A stretch of 64,000 nucleotides of DNA from a virus (taxonomy: Duplodnaviria; Caudoviricetes), in IMG/VR virus record IMGVR_UViG_2930578203_000001, positions 1 to 64,000 of that record, one strand, 5' to 3'. The position numbers and the translations under genes were made by a program. The number at the start of each line of letters is the position of its first letter. Position 1 is the stretch's first letter. Of the stretch, positions 56,433 through 64,000 are shown one piece after another. The notes under the pieces are model-generated. The model ran no database searches. It saw only the letters and a list, made by a program, of their open reading frames with translations, and had not been told where the DNA came from.

Positions 56433-58891
56433 TGCCCCGCCAGTTCCTCCCCACGCTCCGGGGACTCCTCGTTCCGCGCTCCCCTGCTCCCCCACCCGCG
56501 CCAACCGCTGAGACCAAGGACCTGCTCGCGGGCAACGCCTACGTGTCGATGACGTACGCCGGCGTCACCAACGTGTGGGGCACGCCCGGCCGCGCGGACG
56601 GCTGGGACATGGAACGCGTCATCGTCGAGGGCTACGAACGCTCCATCTGGACCTTCAAGTCCATCGAGGCGATCAGTAAGCACGCCAGCACCCTCCCGAT
56701 CCAGATCGGCCGGGGCGGAGACGAACGGCGCTTCGAGGAGACCCTCGACGACCACCCACTGTTGAAGCTGCTCAACAAGAAGGCCAATCCGCTCGAGACC
56801 GGCGATGTCTTCAAGAAACGGCTGAGCGCACAGCTCCTTCTGTCGAAGAAGGGCGTCTTCATCGAGAAGACCTACAGCCGCGGCGGCAACCTCGTACGCC
56901 TCGACCTGCTTCCCCCTGACCGCGTCCAGATCATCCCGGACGACCGCAACGCCGACTACGTGAAGCACTTCGAGTTCACGGACTACAGCGGCCACGTCCG
57001 GGAACTGCTGCCCAAGCACGTCATCTGGATTCGCGACCCCCACCCTCTCGACCCCTTCTGCGGCGTCACCCCGCTTGAAGCGGCGGGCCTGTCCATCGAC
57101 CTGGACGTCAAGGCCCGCACCTACAACATCAGCTTTATTGACAATGACGGCAGACCGGGCGGAATCGTCGGTATCGACCTGGACGGAGTCGACCAGCGCG
57201 AAGTCGACCGCATCCAGAAGCGACTGGCGCCCGGCGCGCACAACGCTGGCCAGCTCACCCTCGTCGGCACCGGGCCCGGCGGAGTCACCTACGTCGACAC
57301 CTCCGCCCGCCCTCGCGAGATGGCCTACGAGACGCTGTCCGGCACCTCCAAGGGCGAGATCCTGGCCGCGTTCGGTGTCCCCGAAAGCATCGTCGGCAAC
57401 GCCTCCGAGCGGACCTACGCGAACGCTGACCGCGAGGAATACAACTTCTGGGACCACACGGAGCTGCCCCACCTCAACCTGATCGCCTCCGGGTTCGACC
57501 CGGACCTCGATGACGAGTGGATCGTCCGCTTCGACACCTCCAGTGTTCAGGCGTTGGAGTTCCCCCGCCGCCAGGCCCGCGAGGAAGCCCGCAAGGAGTG
57601 GGAAGCCGGCCTCATCACGATCGACGAGTACCGGGAGATCGCGGGTCGACCGGCATTCAACGTCCCACAGTCCCGGGCCCTTTGGATCTCTCCGCAGAAG
57701 GCCCCCGTACCCGCCAACGACCAGGACGCCGCCGCACTGGGCCTCGGTCCCGACCCGGCCGCGGGCGGAACACCCGGAGCCGCGCCCACCGGTGCCCCGC
57801 TCCCGCCGGGCACCGCTCCGGATACCGCGGCCGCCGACGTCGCCGCCGCCCGCGCTCTGGACGCTGGCCCGAGCGCCGCCGCGGATGTCGCCGCAGCGCG
57901 GGCGCAGGGCACGCCCCTCGCCCTGCCTGCCGGTTCGACGGCTACCGACGCCGTCGCCGCGGCCCGCGCCGCCACTACCGACAGCGGCCCCGGTGACGCG
58001 GCCGCCGACGTCGACCGCGCCCGCAGCACCCAGGACGCTGCACTCCCCGGCGACGACGCCGAGGACGTCGACGCCGCACGCGCCGCGGTCGAGACCAAGG
58101 CCCTGCCCGAGGACGACGGATACGAGGTCACTGACGACGACTTCGACGCTCTGTCCATGGCCGTGTCCGCGGCCGTCACCGCGCTCCTCGCACGCCAGGA
58201 AGGCGTCATACTCGCCCGGCTCCGCGCCCCGAAGATCCGCAAGTACACGAGGTACTGGGAGCCCGAGAACGACGACGACGTCCGGCACGTCGACGCCGAT
58301 CTCGACCAGGACCGTGTGGTCAGCGCCGCCCGCTGGGCCGAGGAGACCAGCCAATCCCTGACCCCGATCCTTCAGCAGGCGGCCATCGCCACGGCACGCA
58401 AGGTCGGCCAGGCCCTCACCGGCACGGACGAGGTCCCGCCGTCCGCGGCCGCGGCCGCCATCGTCACCGCGGCGTACGCCGGCGAGGCCATCACCGGATT
58501 CCTCACCGAACTCGCCACCGTCCTCCGCGACGCCCAGCACGACGCCGCTGATGTCGGCGACTTGGCGCACGCCGTCGTCAGGTACTACCACTCCGCAGAG
58601 CCTGTTCTGATCGCCCGCGTCGCCGAGACGTGCGCCGTGGCGACCATCAACGGCGCAGCGGACGCCGCGGCAGAGCACGCCGGTCCGCACGTCGTCCGGA
58701 CCTGGGTCACCCGCGCAGACAACCGAGTACGGCCCGCGCACAAGGCCCTCCAGGACAAGACGCTGCCGGTCGGCACCCCGTACACCATCGACGGCGCCAG
58801 CCTCCGCTACCCCGGCGACCCCTTCGCCCCGATCGCCCTCACGATCAACTGCCGCTGTCGCCTGCACTACGCCACCGACTCGAAGGAGTGA
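56432..58891 (+). CDS. phage portal protein fused to a MuF/gpF-like head morphogenesis domain
   Basis: HPLLKLL..NP, G.TPL.A, ILAAFGVP, ITIDEYR portal motifs; C-terminal WVT..D.RVR..H, PGDP, INCRC. Confidence 0.9.
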   Translation: MPRQFLPTLRGLLVPRSPAPPPAPTAETKDLLAGNAYVSMTYAGVTNVWGTPGRADGWDMERVIVEGYERSIWTFKSIEAISKHASTLPIQIGRGGDERRFEETLDDHPLLKLLNKKANPLETGDVFKKRLSAQLLLSKKGVFIEKTYSRGGNLVRLDLLPPDRVQIIPDDRNADYVKHFEFTDYSGHVRELLPKHVIWIRDPHPLDPFCGVTPLEAAGLSIDLDVKARTYNISFIDNDGRPGGIVGIDLDGVDQREVDRIQKRLAPGAHNAGQLTLVGTGPGGVTYVDTSARPREMAYETLSGTSKGEILAAFGVPESIVGNASERTYANADREEYNFWDHTELPHLNLIASGFDPDLDDEWIVRFDTSSVQALEFPRRQAREEARKEWEAGLITIDEYREIAGRPAFNVPQSRALWISPQKAPVPANDQDAAALGLGPDPAAGGTPGAAPTGAPLPPGTAPDTAAADVAAARALDAGPSAAADVAAARAQGTPLALPAGSTATDAVAAARAATTDSGPGDAAADVDRARSTQDAALPGDDAEDVDAARAAVETKALPEDDGYEVTDDDFDALSMAVSAAVTALLARQEGVILARLRAPKIRKYTRYWEPENDDDVRHVDADLDQDRVVSAARWAEETSQSLTPILQQAAIATARKVGQALTGTDEVPPSAAAAAIVTAAYAGEAITGFLTELATVLRDAQHDAADVGDLAHAVVRYYHSAEPVLIARVAETCAVATINGAADAAAEHAGPHVVRTWVTRADNRVRPAHKALQDKTLPVGTPYTIDGASLRYPGDPFAPIALTINCRCRLHYATDSKE

Positions 58892-58896
58892 CCGCC

Positions 58897-59109
58897 ATGT
58901 GGGCAGCGATTTGGATCGCATGGACCGCCGCGTTTGCCGTGGCAGAGGGCATCGCCCTGGCCAATCGGCGCGACGAGGACACCCTGTCGGAGAACGTCCG
59001 TCGCCTGTTCCGTACCCGCACCAGCAGAGCTGGGAGAGCCGCCTTCGCCGTCGGTTGGTTCGGGTTCTCGGGCTGGTTCGCTCTCCACATCCTCACGGAG
59101 AACATGTGA
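58897..59109 (+). CDS. small membrane protein
   Basis: AAGGAG RBS, two TM segments, DTLSE motif. Confidence 0.7.
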   Translation: MWAAIWIAWTAAFAVAEGIALANRRDEDTLSENVRRLFRTRTSRAGRAAFAVGWFGFSGWFALHILTENM

Positions 59110-59118
59110 GTGCGGCCG

Positions 59119-59895
59119 TTACGGGCGCTTCGGAACCAGTTCCTCGGGCAGCCCCAGGTCACGGCATGCCTCTCTGATCAGCTTCTTCATGGGATCGCCC
59201 TTCAGAAGGGGGCTCATCACGCTCGCTGCTTGAAGCAGGGGAACGGGCATCCAGCACAGATCGGCGAGCCGATCGGCAGGCGACTGCTCGTACAAGGTGA
59301 CCTTGTCGTCCTCGACTCCTGAAACGAACGCCGAGGCCGTGAGGTCGGTGGTGTGGGCGTACGAGGACAGGTTCCGGTAAACCGGGTACATCATCGCCGA
59401 TCCGTACGCCTTCACCATGTTGTCGAAGTTGGACAGCTCGCCGACGAGTCGCCCATGTCGCTTGCGTTCCTCCTCCGTGTTGAAGCCGAAGTCGGGCTTC
59501 TCCCCGAGATCGACGCTCTCCGGCAGCTGCCACCCCACACCTTCCAGGTTGGTCAGCAGCTTCTCGCGGGACTTGTACGACTCGGAGACCAATGCCTTGT
59601 AGGCATCGTCACCGTTGTCGGCCAACCAATTGATGGCATAGGCGTGCCCCACAAGGTTCCTCATCAAAGGCACTACCTCGACTGTGAAACCCTGGTCGTA
59701 GAGGGCGATCATGGCGTCTGCCGTTCGGTTGGTGAACCGCCACCACCCTGCGAGAACCGCAAATACGGACGTCGATGTCTCAGCCGACGCCAACTCCTGC
59801 ACGTGTAGGGCAGCCCCAGCCCCCGCTGTCAGTTTCGGCACAATCGCCCGGACTCGCTTCGCGGTCTTCTCATCGGCTCGATACGCAAAGGTCAT
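59119..59895 (-). CDS. DUF5677/HEPN-like protein (moron)
   Basis: LMRNLVG and YRNLSSYAH motifs; opposite orientation, lower GC. Confidence 0.6.
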   Translation of the reverse strand: MTFAYRADEKTAKRVRAIVPKLTAGAGAALHVQELASAETSTSVFAVLAGWWRFTNRTADAMIALYDQGFTVEVVPLMRNLVGHAYAINWLADNGDDAYKALVSESYKSREKLLTNLEGVGWQLPESVDLGEKPDFGFNTEEERKRHGRLVGELSNFDNMVKAYGSAMMYPVYRNLSSYAHTTDLTASAFVSGVEDDKVTLYEQSPADRLADLCWMPVPLLQAASVMSPLLKGDPMKKLIREACRDLGLPEELVPKRP

Positions 59896-59995
59896 AGCGA
59901 GCGACGCTACGCCCCGCGGGAGCAGCACGGCAGCCGAATATGGCCAGGTCGCCGGGGCGCGACGCTAACCACCTGTGCTGTGCATGGTCCGCGCC

Positions 59996-62900
59996 ATGCT
60001 GAATCGCCCCAATGCACAGGCTGAGTCGCAGGACCTGAGTCGCGACCTCGAGGTCAAGGTCACGCGTCGGCCGTGGAACCCTGCTCTGCACCCCCGGGAC
60101 AGCAAGGGCCGCTTCATCGAGACCGGCGGGGTGGTGAGGACCTGGGGCGGCAAGCTCGCGCGCGTCATCCGCGCGCTCCCGCACGACCGCATCCTCGTCC
60201 AGGACCAGACCGGCCCGGACGAGTTCCGCGGCCGCAGGCACACCACCAGTGCCAAGTGGGTCAGCATGGTCGCGCGCCCCGACGGCAGCGCGCCCACCGA
60301 CGACGAAGAGAAGGTCGCCGAAGAGGACGAGCGGCGCACCCAGGACCCGCGCCGCGGCAACGGCGTTGCCCGCGACGACGACGGCGACCCCAACACCCCG
60401 AACGACCCGCACGACCAGGACGACAAGGGCCGCCCGATCGGCGAGGACGACGGCGACGGCCCGGACGACGATGACGACCAGGACGAGCCCGAGGACGGCG
60501 CCCACCCGGTCAACGTCGATGCCCTGCCGAACCAGCAGCACGCCGCCGGGGCCCGGTACGCCGATACCGCCGCCGTCCGCCGCCACTTCATGCAGGTTGC
60601 GGCCCAGCCCGGCACGAGCACGGACATGGCCACCTTCCTGCGCTCGGTGGCACACGACGACGACCTGCGGACCACCTCGTCCGGCCGACTCGTCATCCTC
60701 CTCGACGACCGGCCCGAGCACGCTGGCCGCTGGAACCTCACTGCAACCGGCTCCGGACAGCGCGTCGACGCCGCCGGCACCTTCGCCACCGCCGAGGACA
60801 CCGCCCGATTCGCCGAACACCTCGACAAGACCGCCGTGAACGGTCAGCTCACCAAGTTTCAGCAGCCGTTCGACTTCTCCGACCCGCAACTGGACCGGGA
60901 GGCCCGCGACTGGCGCTCCACCAGGGGCGAGAACATCCAGGGCGCTATCCAGCGGGCCCGTAAGGAGTTCGACGGCACGGACACCGCCCCGGCCTCCCCG
61001 AAGCCCGCACAGGCCCCCTCCGCCGCTGCCGCGGACGGACGGCGCTTCACCACCCTGCAGGACGTCCGCGCGCACTGGACTGACATGCGTACCCGCCTGA
61101 GCCAGGGCGGCCCCGAGACGCAGAACGCCGTGCGGATTCTGGACACCCTGATCAACGACGACCGGCTCAAGCTCGTAGGCCGTGGGCAGCTCGTCACGCG
61201 ACGAGACGAAAACGGCGACTGGCTCCTCGTCGCCACCGGCAGCGGCTACACCCTGCGCGGGCAGACCCTGCACCCCCGCTTCGAGTCGCAGGAAGAGGCA
61301 CAGCGCTTCGGCCGCTTCCTCGTCGCCTCCGGCATCAAGGGCGAGAACGGCGAGCCGCTGGACATGTCCCGCGGTGCCATCAGCCGGTGGCGCTCCGAGG
61401 ACAACCAGTCCTTCAGCGAGGTCGTCGACGAGGCTCTCGCCAAGTGGCAGAGGGAGCGCGGCGGAGACGCCCCGGCCGGACAGAACGCACCAGCGCCGGA
61501 CGCGCCGCAGGCCCATGACGAGACCGGCGCCCCTGCGCAGCCGGAGGCGGAACCCGCACCGGCCCCGGCCGTCCCCGAGGGTGCTAAACCCGTCGACGGG
61601 GTCGACGGCTACCACTACGTCAACGACGGCGGATCAATCACCCTGTATGGCCCCGACGGACAGGTCGCCGCGACCAGCGAGCGCGGCTACCCGCCGAAGG
61701 CCAAGATCGACGGCGTCACCGTGCCCGTCCCTCAGTACCCGAAGCAGGGCGCCGCGGTGATGGCCCGGCTGCACCGCGGCGCCCAGAACCCGGACCAGCG
61801 CGACCGGATCACCGCGGCGTGGGTGATGAAGCCCGGCAAGGACGGCAAGCCCGCCAAGCGGGTCATGGTCTTCCGCGGCACCATCAAGGGCGACGAGCGG
61901 GACTACGACGCCGTGGGCTCCACCCGCGCCATCAAGTGGGCCCCGTCCCTGCGGGCGTACTCGACCCAGTCGAACATGACCGAGGCCACGCGGGACGAGC
62001 GGATCTCCGAGGTCCTGTCCAAACTCGCCCGCCAGGGCCGCAACATCCACGTCACCGACGAGACCGCCGCGGGCAGCCCCGATGCACCGGCCAACGCCGT
62101 CGACGAGACCGAGGCCCTGCGCAAGGCCATCGCCAACGCGGACGACCCTCGCCTGTCGCAGTTGAAGTACGAGCGGTGGGCATCGCTCAACCGCACCCGC
62201 TCTGAGGCCAACCGCAAGCGTCTGAACTCTGAGATCGCAATGATCGACGACGAGTTGAAGCGCCGCCGAATCGAGCGGGACGAGGCCGCCGCCCGGGACG
62301 TCTCCTCGCTCAGCGACGACGACATCGCCAACCGCATCCGCGAGTCACAGGAGGAGCGCGGTACATACGGTGCCCGCAAGGGCCAGGACGCCAACGACGT
62401 CGAGCGGGCCATCTACAGCGAGCGCCGCCGCCGCTCGCAGGCCCTCGTCGACGACGACACCGACCTGACCACGGCCGCCGAGGACGACCTGGCCAAGGCC
62501 CGCGAGACCATCGCCGAACGCGTCCGCATGCACCAGGCCGCCGGCGACGACCCCGAGGCCGAGCGCACCATGCGCCAGGCCCTGCAGAACCGGCACGACG
62601 CCATCGTGGGCGAGCAGCAGAGCCGCCATGCCCAGAAGATCGCCGATCGGCCGCCGGTCGCCGACCTCACCGACGAGGAACTGTCGCAGGAGTACAACGA
62701 CTTGCTCCGGCGCGACTTCCGGAAGGCCCCTCCGGAGGCGCAGCAGGTCCTCGAGGGCCGCATGGAGGACGTCAAGCGGGAGCGCCGCGACCGGGAAAAG
62801 CGGGCCATCACCGACCGCGATGCCCCCGAGAACCTGAGCGATGAGGACCTGAAGGCGGAGTACACCGAGCTTCGCCGCACGCGCTCCTCGTACACCGGGA

Positions 62901-64000
62901 CCGACGACGTCAAGGCGGCCCGCAAGGAACGCATGGCCGCGCTGGAGGCCGAGCAGAACCGCCGCAGCTCCACGCCGGAGGTCGAGCAGCTCGTCGCCCG
63001 CGTCGACAACCCCGACGACAACGGCATGATCAGCATCGGCGGCGGCAGCGATTACGGCTACGTCGACTACCGGGACCAGACGCACGGGCACACGACCCGC
63101 GAGATCGGGTGGACCTGGGGCAAGCACAGTTGGGGGCACGCAGACACCGCCTATCCCTCCCGCGCCGCAGCTCTGGCAGCGATGGTCCAGGCGTACGACA
63201 ACGACCCCGACACCCGAGGTGAGCGCACCTGGGGCCGTAAGCGCCCCGTGTTCGTGCCGAAGATGTTCGTCGAGCTCTACCAGAACGAGCGTCTTCGCGA
63301 CCGGCTCGCCGGCGCCAGCGAGGAACGGCAGTACCTCTACAGCCTGTTCCGGGACCGGTACGGCTGGGACGACGGCGTGAACCCCCTGGTGCCCAGCAAC
63401 AAAAAGGGCCACCACATCAAGGGCCGGAAGCTGTGGGTGCCCGAAGGCCTCCTCGCCGAACTGAACCGGGTGACGGAGGAGCTGTCCCGGGACATGTCCG
63501 TGCGGGCCGCGGACCGGGACGCGGACAGTTCCGACCGCCAGAAGGCCAAGACCCGGCTCGCGTCCATCAACGTGGCTCTGCACGGCATTGAGGCGCAGCG
63601 CGAGTCAGTCCGCAAGAATGGCGGGGACGACGACCGAAAGGTCATCTCCCGCGAGGAGATCGAGGCACAGCAGGCCGCACTCCGTGCAGCGCTGGGAGGC
63701 GACGATGACGAACATGTTCAGTCCGATGGTCCGGGATCACTGGCGGACGTACCGGCCCAAGGAGTGGGCGGCGATGACCGATCCGGAGGCGTTCGTCGAG
63801 ACGAAGGCCAGGGAGATCGAGACTCAGATTCTCAAGGCCGAGGAGGCGCTGGAGAAGACCGTTCCGGAGCCGACGGAGTACGAGGAGCAGGTCGGCCGGC
63901 ACAAGCAGATCAGGGCGGACGCAACAGCGATGGTCCTGGCGGATCTTCTGCCGGAGCCGGAGCCCGAGGCGGAGAAGGCGCCGGAGCAGACGCCGATGGA
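59996..64000 (+). CDS. giant phage protein, 5' part only (runs off the window)
   Basis: Frame read by eye over long stretches with no stop found and strong GC3; N-terminal WNPALHPRDSKGRF motif; probably absent from the ORF track because it has no stop in the window. Confidence 0.85.
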   Translation, partial: MLNRPNAQAESQDLSRDLEVKVTRRPWNPALHPRDSKGRFIETGGVVRTWGGKLARVIRALPHDRILVQDQTGPDEFRGRRHTTSAKWVSMVARPDGSAPTDDEEKVAEEDERRTQDPRRGNGVARDDDGDPNTPNDPHDQDDKGRPIGEDDGDGPDDDDDQDEPEDGAHPVNVDALPNQQHAAGARYADTAAVRRHFMQVAAQPGTSTDMATFLRSVAHDDDLRTTSSGRLVILLDDRPEHAGRWNLTATGSGQRVDAAGTFATAEDTARFAEHLDKTAVNGQLTKFQQPFDFSDPQLDREARDWRSTRGENIQGAIQRARKEFDGTDTAPASPKPAQAPSAAAADGRRFTTLQDVRAHWTDMRTRLSQGGPETQNAVRILDTLINDDRLKLVGRGQLVTRRDENGDWLLVATGSGYTLRGQTLHPRFESQEEAQRFGRFLVASGIKGENGEPLDMSRGAISRWRSEDNQSFSEVVDEALAKWQRERGGDAPAGQNAPAPDAPQAHDETGAPAQPEAEPAPAPAVPEGAKPVDGVDGYHYVNDGGSITLYGPDGQVAATSERGYPPKAKIDGVTVPVPQYPKQGAAVMARLHRGAQNPDQRDRITAAWVMKPGKDGKPAKRVMVFRGTIKGDERDYDAVGSTRAIKWAPSLRAYSTQSNMTEATRDERISEVLSKLARQGRNIHVTDETAAGSPDAPANAVDETEALRKAIANADDPRLSQLKYERWASLNRTRSEANRKRLNSEIAMIDDELKRRRIERDEAAARDVSSLSDDDIANRIRESQEERGTYGARKGQDANDVERAIYSERRRRSQALVDDDTDLTTAAEDDLAKARETIAERVRMHQAAGDDPEAERTMRQALQNRHDAIVGEQQSRHAQKIADRPPVADLTDEELSQEYNDLLRRDFRKAPPEAQQVLEGRMEDVKRERRDREKRAITDRDAPENLSDEDLKAEYTELRRTRSSYTGTDDVKAARKERMAALEAEQNRRSSTPEVEQLVARVDNPDDNGMISIGGGSDYGYVDYRDQTHGHTTREIGWTWGKHSWGHADTAYPSRAAALAAMVQAYDNDPDTRGERTWGRKRPVFVPKMFVELYQNERLRDRLAGASEERQYLYSLFRDRYGWDDGVNPLVPSNKKGHHIKGRKLWVPEGLLAELNRVTEELSRDMSVRAADRDADSSDRQKAKTRLASINVALHGIEAQRESVRKNGGDDDRKVISREEIEAQQAALRAALGGDDDEHVQSDGPGSLADVPAQGVGGDDRSGGVRRDEGQGDRDSDSQGRGGAGEDRSGADGVRGAGRPAQADQGGRNSDGPGGSSAGAGARGGEGAGADADG
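63705..64000 (+). CDS. TnpV-like protein nested in the +1 frame of the giant ORF (partial)
   Basis: GGAGG RBS; MTNMFSPMVRDHWRTYRPKEW...VGRHKQIRADATAMVLADLL; GC3 bias moves to this frame. Confidence 0.7.
   Translation, partial: MTNMFSPMVRDHWRTYRPKEWAAMTDPEAFVETKAREIETQILKAEEALEKTVPEPTEYEEQVGRHKQIRADATAMVLADLLPEPEPEAEKAPEQTPM

Noticed and set aside
1-64000. tRNA/rRNA genes and att direct repeats
   Set aside because: None recognised by eye; tRNAscan-SE and a repeat finder would be needed to exclude them

Overview
High-GC, Streptomyces-like DNA that appears to come from a large phage-plasmid or conjugative prophage. From left to right: (1) about 8.7 kb of small orphan genes arranged divergently around 5.85 kb. 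(2) A Druantia-like defence operon (DruF/G/E-like) plus a PIN-domain gene. (3) A phage-like block with an orphan DNA methyltransferase, an HNH nuclease and a terminase large subunit. (4) A BsuBI/PstI-family R-M pair, a Cre-like tyrosine recombinase, a HEPN-like gene, RusA-like and HAD phosphatase genes, and a TraB/FtsK conjugation translocase with an Spd-like gene. (5) A regulator/GNAT/GGCT cassette and a dioxygenase-glycosyltransferase-NDP-sugar dehydrogenase cluster interrupted by an IS5-family element. (6) A portal-MuF fusion and a giant ORF (>1330 aa, absent from the ORF track) that runs off the window and contains a nested TnpV-like gene. The most striking unannotated signals are non-coding. 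A covarying hairpin-plus-RBS leader occurs 10 times. A CGCGAC-N19-YAYNNT promoter-like motif occurs 7 times, in front of packaging/virion genes and their neighbours. There are also ECF-type promoters, a structured ncRNA candidate before the terminase, iteron-like repeats and lox/dif-like palindromes. All product calls come from motif recognition by eye, not from database searches.
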